Shown here piece after piece: positions 28,979 through 43,936 of a stretch of 64,000 nt of DNA. The stretch comes from the human T2T-CHM13v2.0 reference genome, Homo sapiens, in NCBI RefSeq assembly GCF_009914755.1, contig NC_060939.1; one strand, given 5' to 3'. How positions within the stretch are numbered: position 1 is the stretch's first letter; each line of letters begins with the position of its first letter. The notes under the pieces were generated by a model that ran no database searches, had not been told where the DNA came from, and saw only the letters and a list, made by a program, of their open reading frames with translations. Made by a program: the position numbers and the translations under genes.

Positions 28979-30669
28979 AGACCCTTTAAAATCCATGTTA
29001 CTTTTTGAATGTGTGATTTGGGTTCAGCTGCACTGTGTTTTTGTTGACTCTGTTTGCAAGAAGATAATAGGAGCCAACAAATGTTTAGTACTCACTGTGT
29101 GCTCTCAACTGTGCAAAGCATGTTAACAGATATTTTCTTGTTTTGTTCTCACAATAACCTTGAGAAGAAGTGCAATTATTGAGTAACTTGCCCAGCATTG
29201 CATAGCTTTTAAGAGGAACTGCAAGATATGAGCCCTACTGGCGACATTTCTCAAGAATGGTTGTTTGATCTTCATCTGCCTGTTGGCTGAGCCTATCACC
29301 CAATTGTTCTGAACTTGAGCAGGAACAAGGGTATGCTTTTCAGGTTCCTGCAAACTCACACTCTCAGCAGAAGAGCCTGGAGGAGAGACTTGGCTCAGGG
29401 ATCCAATTCTGTGCCCCTGCCTGTAACCCCACTGCCCCATACCTGTCTGCTTCTTGTCTGAGATACATTCTGAATTCTAAGCAATTATGAAATTCCCCTC
29501 CACCAAAGTCCCAGAATGAACATTATTAAATATCCAAAAAACTATAGGACAAGGAGAGAGAGGGGCCAACTGAGGAAAATGCATGCAATTTGATTTTACA
29601 GGAATTACTTCATCACTTCACTTAAAAATTTCCTTTAGAGGTAAAAGTTCAGTAAATCCAGGGAATGGCTCAATCTTTTATAAAAGAAAATGTCAGGCTT
29701 ATTGATTTTTATTAAATATATTACCCAAATGTGGTAACAACCAATTTCGTAAGCTTCCTTAGAGGCTGTGGCCTGGCAGACTGCGTGAAACATGAAGTGA
29801 TTCTTCGTGCAGTACATTTCCAAATACCTTATAAACACCTGTCATGGCTTCAATGGACTTGTCAATTGTACATGCTTCCAGTGCCATCTCTGTGGGATAT
29901 GCTTTTTTATTATCTTGTGACCCTAATGGAGAATCATTTTGAGGGTGTCTTTCCCACATATTGACAAATCGGCTTATGGAGGAAAGGCTGGGGATCCTTT
30001 AAAGTTGTTGACATGAGTTCTTTTTATGGAAGCAATAACACTTGCTCTTGAAATGACATTGCATATGGTTCCCTATATACAATAATTATACGTTTAGCAC
30101 CTCTATGTTTGACATAAGCCTACAGTGATGTTACGGTGAAGGTCTCCATAACATCTCATTCTCTTGGTCTTGGTATATTTCCTTTGGCTCCAATTATGTT
30201 TTTAGAACATTTGAAGAGCCATCTTCCACCTCGTTGGTTACTTTTACTGTAAGGTGTGAGTAGGTGGATGAGAGTTTGCCTTTTATAAAGCAGAATAGCA
30301 GCATATACCTTTGTTTTATTGGCACCTTTGCTCCCTGTGGTAATTGGTAACTCCTTAAATAAAGCAGAATATGTTTTGCTTCCTAAAGAGATTTGGAATG
30401 AAAGGTGAAGGGAGAGGCCCATTGAAGCCATCCCAGAATAAAGTTCAGGTGATGGAAAGAAATGGAAGCCTTCTCCCCAAATACTGATTAGGTTTCATTA
30501 TGACTCTGCAGGAAAAACATGACACCCTGTTTCTCCACCAAGATCCTGATTTGACATCCATTGTTTGTTTCTATGGAGAAAATAATTGGGAACAGATGGC
30601 CTCTGATGTCCTCTCCAGCAGTATGGATGGAGATGTAAGTGCTTGATTGCCTATCCTCAATATATTGCA

Positions 30670-31070
30670 GTGGGTATGTGCTTGAACTCTGGATTTCAAT
30701 GGTTGGGGTTCAAATTCCATCTTCTAGTTTCTTCTTGTGGCATCTTGAGCAATTTAACTTCTCTGTGCCTCAATTTCTGCATTTCCAAAGTGAGAATAGT
30801 AATTATAGGTTTAGTTTTAGAAAGTCCCAAGCAAGCAGTGTGGTGAAACCAAGCAGACCAGAATAGAATCCTATCTTTGCCAGTTATTAATGTTCTGAAC
30901 TTGAACATATTATTTTATCTACAATATATGTGTATGTATAATAACAATAATAGTGATAGTAACAGTATCTACTTCACAGGGCTTGTGGTGGGGATTGATA
31001 AAGGTAATATATACTCTGTACTTAGGATAATGCCTGGCATATATGTGCTCAATAAGTGGTCATTTTATTA
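30670..31070 (-). mobile_element. MIR remnants
   Basis: TTTAACTTCTCTGTGCCTCAATTTC..; ATGCCTGGCATATA.GTGCTCAATAA. Confidence 0.7.
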
Positions 31071-31430
31071 TAATAAATATCATTGATATTTATCAATGAT
31101 AAATATCATTTTAGTTTTTTTTTTTTTTTAATAGACGAGAATGTTAGTGGCATCCAGTGTTGATACCAGGAGGTAGACTCTGAAAGCCCAGTGGAGGAGG
31201 TGTCTCTAGTTTTAGCAAAATACAGGAGCTACTGCAGGCAATGGGGAAATGAAGGACAGGTGCTGGAATAGGAGAGGGGCAGTTGCTATGAAGATTAACA
31301 GTGTCTGTTGAATGCTGCCTCCTGACTGTAAATGGGCTGCCATGCATGTGCCGCCTCTACACCAGTGACCAGTGACTTTTTTTTCCTTTCATGTCTAGTC
31401 CTGTGGATAATGCAGGCTTTTGGATCTGAC

Positions 31431-31461
<31 letters not shown>

Positions 31462-31587
31462 CAGGGTCTCTTTTGTTGCCCAGGCTGGATTGCAATGGCT
31501 TGTGATCACAGCTCACTGCAGCCTCAAACTCCTTTCCTCAGCCTCCCTAGTAGCTGGGACAACAGGCACATGCCTCTACCCCCAGCC
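31431..31587 (-). mobile_element. Alu monomer (FRAM/FAM-like, internally deleted) with long A tail
   Basis: Minus strand GGCTGGG..GTGCCTGTTGTCCCAGCTACT.GGGAGGCTGAGG..GAGGCTGCAGTGAGCTGTGATC.. Confidence 0.85.
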
Positions 31588-31697
31588 ACACCAGTGACTT
31601 CTTATAGCCATCAGCTGAACACTGACCCCCATCACAAGGTTTCCTGTTGGAATATGGGCATGCTGAGGTCTAGGGAATGCTCACAGGTCCTGATGGT

Positions 31698-32414
31698 GAC
31701 GAAGACTCTTTTTGACCAAACTTAAATCGGGCTCCTCTGAGTCCCTAGTCCCTCTAAATCATTTTTTTTCTTTTTTCTTTTTTGAGACAGTCTTACTTTG
31801 TTGCCCAGCATGGTGCCATGAGTGCGGTGGTGCAATCATGGCTCACTGCAGCCTTGAACTCCTGGGTTCAAATGATCCTCCCATCTCAGCTTCCCATGTA
31901 GCTAGGAGTATAGATGTGCACCACCACACCCAGATAATTGTTTATAGAGAGGGGGCCTTGCTATGTTGTCAAGGCTTGTCTTGAACTCTAGCCTCAATTA
32001 ATCCTTCTGTCTTGGCCTCCCAAAATGTTGAGATTACAGGCATGAGCCTCTGGCCTGAGTCCTCTTTTTGATGACTCTATCCTTGGCCTGCTTACTCCAG
32101 TTTTAGCAAGAATCCTGCTGCGTTTGGTGAAAATCTTCACCCCTTGATATCTTGTCAAATTTCCCATCCCCATCCTCCATATCTTATCACCCTGGCCTGC
32201 CTTCAGCAAGAATCCTGTTGAGTTGCTCTAGCAAGAATCTCCCTAGCCTTGATGTTTTCTCTTAGTAATTTTCCATCCACTGCCCCTTACCTTGCTTCTT
32301 GGCTATAAATCTCCACTTGACTTTGTTGTATTTGGTGTTGAGCCTGATCTCTCTCCTCTACTGCAAAACTCACATTATGGTGGTCTGTTTTGCATAAAGA
32401 CTTCCTTTCCAGCT
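31698..32414 (+). mobile_element. MER31-type ERV1 LTR, copy 1, interrupted by AluJ
   Basis: GACCAAACTT..GGCTCCTCTGAG, CCAGTTTTAGCAAGAATCCTG, TTGGCTATAAAT. Confidence 0.75.
31762..32055 (-). mobile_element. AluJ-like
   Basis: GCAATCATGGCTCACTGCAGCCTTGAACTCCTGGG. Confidence 0.9.
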
Positions 32415-32884
32415 TGAGACTGATCAAGATTCTTCACTTCACCAAACTTTAGTCAGGATCCTGAACCTTCTCCAAATTCGCCTGTGCATTTCCTTGTAAA
32501 ATCCAGTTTTAACAAAGAACACTGTTAAGTTGGTTTGGTAGGAACCCCCCATCCTTGATATCTGATCAAGTTCCTCATCCTCCACCATCCCCTGGGTAAT
32601 GTCTGATCACCCTGGCCCATCTTCAGAATTCTGTGAGGTCAGTTTAGCCAGAATCCCCCTTACCCGTGAGGATGTTCCCTCTTAAGGATTCTTCGTTCAC
32701 TGACCCCACTCTGCTCCTTGGTGATAAATTCCCATTCTCCAGTGCTGTATTTGGAGTTGAGTCCAATCTCTCTCCCCTACTGCAGGACCCCATTGATAGG
32801 TCCCGGTACCTATCATGATGGTCCCGAATAAAGTCTTCCTTACCATGCTTTAACCAGTGTCACTGAATAATTATTTTCTTTAAT
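32415..32884 (+). mobile_element. MER31-type ERV1 LTR, copy 2 (directly adjacent)
   Basis: ACCAAACTTTAGTCAGG..CCTTGATATCTGATCA..TTTAGCCAGAATCCCCC..AATAAAGTCTTCCTTACC. Confidence 0.8.
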
Positions 32885-34124
32885 AAGGCCCAGACTTAAC
32901 AGAGATTTTGAGATGAACATTCAGGCTGTAAGAAATGACGGCTTTAGCTTCTGTCTCAGGGCTGCAGTTGGCACTGAAGAGCCTCATCAGGACCTGGGGA
33001 AACGATGTCTGTGTGGGCATGTGTGTGTGCATGTGCGTGCGTCCATGTGTGCCTTCAGATATACACTGGCTTGTCTCACATTTATAATGTGGCACTGTCT
33101 ATCTTTCCAGGAGAAATGGATTAATAATCTACATAAGGCATTTAAATAAAAATGTGTCATCACCTCATTAATGTCTTCTCCAAGGATGCATCATTATTCT
33201 CTTTTGTTAATAGAAGTGATGTGCGTGTGTGCCCATGCAGAGGCTGGCTAGCCTGTAATGGCAGGTGCGGAAGGCAGGTGGAGCAGGAGAGGGGGCCTGC
33301 TTTGCTGTACCCTTACAGGCCCTGCTTCCATGTGCCCAGGAGTGGAAACTCTCCCTTTGGTCTCTGTGTTCCTGTTTCTTTGCAGTGCTAAGTGTTCAGC
33401 CCTCGAGGTGTCTGATTCTTCTGGATGGTGAGGATCCAGGGTCCTAGGTTCCTGGAAGGCTGCTGGGCCTCTCAGGCAGCTCCTCTGCACAGAGATCAAG
33501 AGAGGATGTGGAGCCCCACAGTGTAACAGTCCCCAGCTCTAGTTTCCTTTCAAATGTAAGTACAAGGAAGCAGAAGAGAACACAGAGGAGCCCCAGAAGA
33601 AGGGTTATGAATTATTCATCTCATAGTCTGGGCTCTAGGCTCATAGCACCTCCTCTTCCCCCATCCCGAAAGGCAGCCAATGAGAAAGGCACCTAATTCG
33701 CTGGTTGAATTACTGCATATGAATGGCTAGAGGATCTATTTCAAAGCTGCACTTGGAATTGGCCTATTAAAAAAAGCAGCCCGATTTGTTTCAGAAGCTA
33801 CACTGGAAATGAATGAGGGCTGTTCCATCTTTACTGGCTATTAAAAAAGCTTTGCTCCTTACAGAGCAACTATTTTAATTAAATCAATAATTATGTTTTA
33901 TTGAATTCAATGCTCTTCAGCAAAAATCAGCACAGAGCCTTTGAAAACTTAATTTAGGTCAATATCGGGTTAGAGGAGGAAGGGGCAGCAGGTGGGGGTG
34001 GTGTGGGGGGAGAGGATCAGAGAGGGAACTCGCTCTTTAACCACACTGGTTACAATGGCTCCCTCCCCTTTAGCTTTGGAGAGAGGCACCATTTGGGGTC
34101 CAGCTTCAGTTCCCTGGTGCGATC

Positions 34125-34767
34125 TGAGAGACCAAAATAGATGTCCCTTTGTCCACTAAAATGGGCTCCAAGGTGAAGAAAACAAAAGACCTATGGGTCC
34201 AGGGTTTAGGACTGCTGGCATGGCAATTTCCAAAATTCCTACGGCTATACGAAAAACCACACTCTTGCTAAATTCCTTAGCAATAGGAGTTATCAGATCC
34301 CTCCTAACTCTGATTTACAACCTAGACCATTGCAACTCTGACTGGACAGAGGACTGGCCTTACAAACATTCTTTCCTGATAAGCAATTGAAGACCTCAAG
34401 CCGGTTTCAGCCCACTGACAGAGGCTACACACAAGCTATCTTTGTGTCCTATAGTTCAGCTTTTGACGGAAAGAGCCAAATTCTACCTCAATTTAATGCT
34501 GAAACCCTGCTTCAAAGTGAACAAGGGATGTATGTTGTTCATGCCTTGTGCCTGCACTCCACCCCTCTCTCATAAATTTGTGTGGCTTTTCTCCAAACCT
34601 GCTAAATATGTATGCTTCTATTGTATAATATGGACCCCATGAGGCCTCAAACCCAACCTGCCCTTCACCTCTTCAAAAAGAGAGCACCTCTGGTCTGGAG
34701 ACTCTCTCTTCCTGGTGTGCAAGCTGATATCACCAATAAAGCTCTCCTGGTGTTCTTTTGGATGACA
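34125..34767 (+). mobile_element. ERV1 solo LTR (MER72-like; subfamily uncertain)
   Basis: TGAGAGACCAAAATAGATG start, CCAATAAAGCTCTCC poly-A signal near the end. Confidence 0.7.
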
Positions 34768-34824
34768 CTGGGAAGCATGTAGGTGTTTGTTTTAGGGGGG
34801 GTGGGGTGGGGCGGGGAGAGAATA

Positions 34825-34903
34825 CTGGGTTGGTGCAAAAGTAATTGTGGTTTTTGCCATAAAGGTAACAGCAAAAACTACAATTACTTTTGCACCAACC
34901 TAA
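34825..34903. mobile_element. Full-length MADE1 MITE (miR-548-type hairpin)
   Basis: 79-bp near-palindrome GGTTGGTGCAAAAGTAATTG..CAATTACTTTTGCACCAACC with TA on both sides. Confidence 0.95.
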
Positions 34904-35639
34904 TATTTAAACCCAAGCTTTCTAATGTCACGTTTTTTTTTTCTTTTCTTTTCTCTGCCCTGCCCCCAGCCCACTCCAGGATGCTTTAATTGCCTCAAGG
35001 CAACTGTGACAGAGCATCCTTCTGTGGGCTCTTGCAGGCTGCTTCTGGCTGGCCATTCCACAGGTGAAGAACAGTGGACAGAGTGTTTTGTCCCTATTTT
35101 TGTAAAGTACATTCTCATGCTGGATTAGGGATTATTGCAGTAACTTCCTACCCAGTGTCAGGGCTGTGCCCTGGGCTTTCTCTCAAGTTCAGACTATTAA
35201 ACTGTCTGGAAAGTAGAGCTGGTCCAGACACCCTGTCCTTTTTCTCTCCAGTGGCTGCTCCTTGGTCCAGGGATACAAACTCATTTGCTTTATCTGAGCT
35301 GGGCAGGTAACCCAGATGAGTGAGCAGGAGGGCAGGGACTGAGGCAGGAGAGGAAGAAGCACACATTGCCTAAAAGGCGTGGCTGAAGCCCAGCCCCGGC
35401 TAATGGCTACGGCATAGAGACAGAGCCTCATGTTGCTGGTATTTTGATTTCTTTTCTTCAAGAAAATCTGGAAATTCTGGCTTTTCCATGAGTGTCAAGT
35501 TGTAAATATTGGCTAGTGTGGTGGGCTTTGCCACATGATATACTATGGCCAATGACATGTGAGTAGCGTTATTGATGTGTGCCATTGCTAAGCAGAAGTT
35601 CTAGAGCCAATGCATGGTTCTCCCACCCTTCTTTCCCTT

Positions 35640-36130
35640 TGTTGCAAAAGGTAAAATTTTCCTCTACCAATTTAGGTCTGAAATGATCAGAGGGCTGACA
35701 GATTAACAAGAGAAAAGACAAGGTTTATTTTCATACATGCATAAGTGGAGCTCCCAGTAATGGAAAACTTGAGGAAGAATCCCAAGAAAAGGTTGATATG
35801 TTTCAACCGAAATGGGTTTTTAGGGCTTTCATGGGAGAGAATGGAATAGTCCATTGGTTTTTTGGATGTGAATGGAATGGGCAGTCTGTTTTCTTGCTGG
35901 CTGGAAGTTTCCCGGTAGTGGAGGTTTATGGCAGCTGAATTCATACTTCCTGGGGCTAAGGGCCTGTCTTTTTCAAACAGGAGAATCCCTGGGAGGAGTT
36001 TAATGGCAGATGAATTTTTAGAAGGTTCTGCTTAAGTTTAAATAATGGTTCTTTCTGCGACTGCTGTCTATTCAGATTTTTTAGTCTAAAATAATCTTCA
36101 TATCACTTTGGTTGGCTCTTGATTCCTTCA
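35640..36130 (-). mobile_element. MER4-group ERV1 solo LTR
   Basis: TG..CA ends; GACAGATTAACAAGAGAAAA, GGCAGCTGAATT; related to 43310-43752. Confidence 0.55.
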
Positions 36131-36730
36131 AATGCACATCCCAGACAGAGCTTGCTCCCTCCATTGGCCTTTGTCTCAGGGCTGAAGTCAGCCCACAACA
36201 GATGTAAACACAAGCAAGAAAGAAAGCTCAATGTTGAATGCCACTAAATTTGCAGGCCATTTCTTCCTGTGATAATTTAGCCTAAGCTGACGAATACATC
36301 TACTAAATTAAAAACATATTTTGGAAATACAGGGAAAACTAAAAACCATAAATCTATGGGTCATCAATTTTCAACCTGTGTTCTACAGGATAAAGTCCAG
36401 CTTTCTTATCAGGACATGTGGAGCCCTTAGACATGCCAGCTCCACTGCCTTGTTGTCTAGCACTTGGCACTAGCCGTTTCACACTCCTTGCAGGTCATTC
36501 TGCATCACGGACACTTTGTGTTTGCCTGTACAAAATGCAGCCTCTTTCTAGAATGTCCTCCTCCTCCTCCTAGGCTAAGGCACGGCCTCAAGATGGAGCT
36601 TCAGAAGGAGCCAAACCAGCAAGGACATGATTGCAACAGTGGACAAGAGCCCATCTTCCTGGAAAGACCAGCTTTCAACAGTGAAACTGTTCAGAAGCTA
36701 TAAGAAACTGGTCATTAAAAATCAATACCT

Positions 36731-37030
<300 letters not shown>

Positions 37031-37233
37031 TTGATACCTTCTAGTGCATTGATCACTGACCGTCTGCATCCATCCACCTGGCATTTGGAATGAGGACTGA
37101 CTAATCCCTCTGAAGTGAACAAACCCCTAGTTATTTAAATGTTTCATGGGCAGTGAGGTGAGTATCGGATAAAATATTGATTTTCTTATTAATAGTATTT
37201 TCCTGACATTACAGTTACTCTACATGTAATCCT

Positions 37234-37341
37234 TATTATAATTTGTTTTAGAGAGGTTTATATAATTCGTTTGAGAGAGGTTATTATATAATTATATAAT
37301 TCATTTTAGAGAGGTTTATTATAATTCGTTTTAGAGAGGTT
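37234..37341. repeat. Short AT-rich minisatellite, about 4 x TATAATTCGTTTTAGAGAGGTT
   Basis: Direct reading. Confidence 0.9.
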
Positions 37342-38209
37342 AAATTGAAATCATCATTTCTGTTTAACAGATGAGAAAATGGAGAAACAGAGAGGTTAAG
37401 CAACTAGCCTAAAGTCACAGACCTTGTAAATTTTCACTCCAGCCTTCAAATCTATGGAGACTGGAGTCAGAGATTAAAGTGTTAATTGGGAAAATAGAAG
37501 TAGCTACATCTGTCCCTGAAGCTGGTAAAAGCGGTCATGACGTGGCTTACATTAGGCATGAAATATGATTCAATAATTCATCAAAATTCAATCTAATTCA
37601 ACAAACAAACTGTTACTGTACTCCTACCCTTTTTCAGTTATCACACAAACTTAAGGGATTCAAAGAACAAACCAGACCGTTTCTGCAAGGAGCTTTTGGC
37701 CAAAAGTGATTCTGTGTTTTGTCTCTGTTCAGACAGTAGTCTAAGACTGGTGGGGAGACTTTTTTTTTTTTTTTGGAAAAATGCACTGAAAGAAACAAAA
37801 ACCAAAGCAGCTTCACAGGAAGACAAAGAAAAACCCTGTTGCTGACAGACACCTGCATGAAAGACAGGAAGCATCTGACAGAGTCAGACCAGGCACCCCT
37901 GCAAGGAAGCAGCTACTCAACGGGGTATGCTTAAAAGTGTGTTTCATTAAGGTGTTTACAAACTGTGACCAACCACTGGTGGGAGCTGTCCTGCAGCTCA
38001 GAAGCCTCCCTTGCTGCTGAGTGGGTGCTCAGGAAGATCAAATCAAACTGATTTGTTATTTTTATAGAGTGCTGTATGTGTGTGTGTATGACAGACAGAG
38101 AAAGAGAGATCTTCCTTGGGCACCATTCTCTTGCCTGCAGCCAGAGAGAACCATAGAACTCAGCTTTCTAGAGTAGTGCCTGGTTGAAGAGGGAGAATTC
38201 TAAGTTTAG

Positions 38210-38437
38210 AGCAAGAGTTTGCAAACTTTCTGGAAGGCAGATAGTAAATATTTCAGGTTTTGCAGGCCATTTGGTCTCTGTTGCAGCTACTTGACTTTGC
38301 CATCATAGTGTGAAAGCAGCCATAGACAATATGTAAATGAATGAGCATGGCTATGTCCCAATAAAACTTTATTTACAAACACAGTCTGTGGGCCAGATTT
38401 TGCCCACAGACCATACATAGTTTGCTGATCTCCACTT
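38210..38437 (-). mobile_element. MER58A MITE
   Basis: GCAAACTTT..AGATAGTAAATATTT.AGG..CCAATAAAACTTTATTTACAAA. Confidence 0.85.
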
Positions 38438-38720
38438 TAGAGCTTTCAGCTCAATCCTATCAGGAGTAGGAGAAAGGGAAGAAGGATCCAAAACTTGATG
38501 CTGTGGTGATTCACGAAGAGTGTGAATGGGAAGGTGGGTGCTGTGTACAAGGTCAAGGTGTATTTCTTGAATGCCTGGAATTTGCCACATTTAGGAAAGT
38601 GAAGGTGTCACTTGCTTTGGTACATGGGCTTTGGATGAAGATAGGACAGATATAGATATACAAATAATTTTTGTATTTGAGAATAATTTTATATGTACAG
38701 AAGATTGGAAAGAGGGTATA

Positions 38721-39280
38721 GTGCTGGGGCTCATGAAAATGAGCCCAAAAATAAGGGTCTCAGGACCAGCCTCAGAAGTAGAGTTTCTCTCTGACCTTCT
38801 CCTGCCTCCCTGTCTCTCACCTCTTATTGTCCCCCAAGGCTAGCCATAGAAACTAGTATCCTTCTTCCTAAGGTGGGGTCTTAGAAATCAGAACCCCTTT
38901 TCTCTAAAGCCAGCAATAAAACATAAAAATATTACTCTAAATTTCCCCTGCCTTTCTGTGTAAGAACTGACCATAAATAAATTCTGTGCATACCTTGTTT
39001 GATTGTAGGTCAAAAGACCCCCATTCCAGAAAGGGTGCTACCCTATACTTGGGAAGAAGGAGTACAGCACAGAGAGGCCTGAAGAAGAATTTGAACAGAC
39101 AGGCCTTGCTGAGTTTCCCCACTCAGTCTATTAGCATTAGATTGTACTCTTTTTGTCCAGTCATAGTTCACTACTATCCATTCTTTATTGAACCTAAGCA
39201 TACAAACGGGTAGTCTTCCCTGTATCTTTGGGCCTTCAATCTGAAGTCTCCTGTGCCATGTAAAACTATGAACAAATACA
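38721..39280 (+). mobile_element. MER4-group ERV1 LTR, 3'-truncated by the L1
   Basis: TGGGGCTCA.GAAAA..GCCTCAGAAG..CTCTCTGACCTTCTCCTGCC. Confidence 0.7.
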
Positions 39281-39284
39281 TAAT

Positions 39285-41068
<1,784 letters not shown>

Positions 41069-42694
41069 GCATATTGCATATACATGTTGGTACAGAGCTC
41101 CTAAAACCTGAGACCTTGAGTTTTCATAGGTGCCACTGTGGGACAGAAATTTTCTATTTCAAATTCTATTTCAAAACACTCTATGAAGGGTGGAAAGGTC
41201 CTCTCCTGTTCCTTTCCCAGCCTCTGTACTTCTTATTAGGCAAATTTATCTTACTAGGCAAGACATTAAGTAAATATGTTCACTTGACTTACTCTAGCTT
41301 TAATGTTTACAAAATATTATAATAGGATTCCAGGTATCTTGTGGCCAAAGCCATTTCTCATTCCAAGACTCAAAGCCTGAAGAGTTATAAGCCTCATCTT
41401 CAGTTGTGACCCTCTGAAGCACGGAAGGATGTTTAAGTACATTACCCACAGAAGCTCAGATGGAAGTTCCCAACCATGCTTCCTCTTTGCAATGCTGGAA
41501 TTCCTGGAGCAAAATCTCTCATTCTTCCATGCTGAAGAACTCTCCATTTATGTCTTCCTGTCCACATCATCTCCTAGTTATTGAAAGCTCTCCCCTCCCT
41601 CTGGAGTACCACTGCATGTGACACAGTCCTAATGTGTCATGTCCTCCCACCATGTCCAGCCCTCCAATGTTCTGATGGCTCTACTCTTTGAGAACTTATC
41701 CTAAAGGCTTTGTTTTTGATTTCTCAGCAGAAGGGGGAGGAAGTTAAGCAGGGAATGCCAAATGCTCTGTGGATAGCAGGTTACATGGGGTAGTATGCAT
41801 CTCCTCCCAGAGGCTCAAGTGACCTCCCTGCCATACCTACTCTTCCTCCTTCTGGCCCCTCCTACTCAAGTAACCCAGGCTTCTGCCAGCCATGACCTAG
41901 AATGTAGACCCTGGCCTGGGCTTCCCTCCCAAAATGTCACCAACACAGGCCCAGAATTGCTTTTCTCAAACTATGCTCTGTGGAAAAAGTAGCCCAGACA
42001 AATGTGCCGGGAAAAATGCATTGCACCATCGAATACGTTTAGTGTAGTTTGGGTGAAATGAAATCAAGCTGGCCTTCTTATTGTAGGACCCCCAGGACAG
42101 TGAAAAAGCTAACGTGATTGGGAAACTCCCGAAGTTGGTACAGAAAACTGTTCCCCAAGCATTCCTGACCTTAGAACACTTTGTCATGCAGCACGCGGAA
42201 GAATGGATTCCATTTTGGGAAATGCTCATCTAGCAAATATTAAGCAGCAAAGAAACGTTTATTTAAACAAATCCACTCCTATTTTCATACATTTAAAAAA
42301 GACTTTCTCCCTATAATAAACAGCCTTTGCATGCTTAGCGTTTACAAAGTTCTTCCACATTCATTGGCTCATTAAAATGATTAATTTGTGCTAAATTTAA
42401 TCTTTTGAATGGGTAGTACATTCTCCTGGTTCAGAAACAGAAACTGTGCGTAGGTATTCAGTATAAAGTCTCTGTCATGACATCCTTGTCTTCCATATAC
42501 TTAAGATTCCATTTTCCTCCCTTACTCCCAAGCAGCTGCTATTGTTACACTATTCAGTTTCCATACAGACTTCATGTATATAAATGGAGAAAAATACAAC
42601 ATCATTTCTCAGCCTCCAAGTTTTTAATAGAAAAGGACAATTTTACAGTACCTTAAAATATGAGGTTTATTGAGGTATAATTTACACAGAATAG

Positions 42695-43021
<327 letters not shown>

Positions 43022-43309
43022 TCAATGAACTTTAACAATGTTAGGTAACCACCGCCACAATTGTGGTGTACAGCAGCCCCATCGTTCCAAAATGTTTTCT
43101 CATCCCCCTCTTTAAGTTAAATCTCTCCCTCCACCCCAGCAACCTGACAAGCATTGGCCTAGTTTTGCCTTTTAAAAAATAATGTCAAATAAATGGAATT
43201 ATATAATATGTAGGCTGCTTTGCTAGGTTTCTTTCACTTGCCATAATGCTTTTGAGATATGTGTATAAGAAGCTTGTTCATTTTTATTGTTTAGTAATAT
43301 TCTGCTTGT

Positions 43310-43752
43310 TTGGAGGAAAAACTTTTCCACTGCCTATTTAGGTTTGAGTGGTTGGGGATCTGTGAATTAATTGACAAAGATATTAACAGGAGAAAAGGGT
43401 TCTTACAAATGCGTTTGGGAGCACTTTATAAAGAGTGGTTCTGCAGATACCTAAGGATAAGGGCTTAAATATCAGCTTATTAAGGTGGTGAGGTGAGGCT
43501 TTAGCAGTAAGGTATAAAATGTTTTCATTAGGTTTGTTTACACAGTTTCTTAGATGTCTCAGTGCTAGCTCCCAGTGCTAGAAGTCAGCTTCCTAATTTA
43601 TAGGAAAATCCCACAGAGGGGCGTTTGTGGCAGCTAAATTCTTGGAAAATCTGCTTTAATAATTAATGGGAAGTTCAGGTAAGACTTCTCTCTGCAGCTA
43701 TGGATTGTCTAAATGTTTTCAGTTTAAAATAGACTTTCTGCCATTCCCTTCA
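43310..43752 (-). mobile_element. MER4-group ERV1 solo LTR
   Basis: Similar to 35640-36130 (ATTAACAGGAGAAAA, GGCAGCT.AATT, ends CCTTCA). Confidence 0.55.
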
Positions 43753-43936
43753 CAGTGTATAAATGAAGGCACCGCCATTTACTCCCCCATTCACCAACTG
43801 ATGGACACTTGTGTGTTCCCAGTGATGGTGATGATGAGTCAAGCTGCTATGGCCATTTGAGTACAGGCCTTTGTGTGGATGTTTTCTATAAACACTGCTA
43901 TGGGATAAATTATCTGTGTTGAAGTACTCGCTCCAA

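Noticed and set aside
31385-31587. BC200 (BCYRN1) retrocopy
   Set aside because: The monomer is right-arm/FAM-like and the unique tail lacks BC200's C-rich 3' domain.
37234-37341. Repeat array as CRISPR-like
   Set aside because: No unique spacers, no cas genes, primate context.
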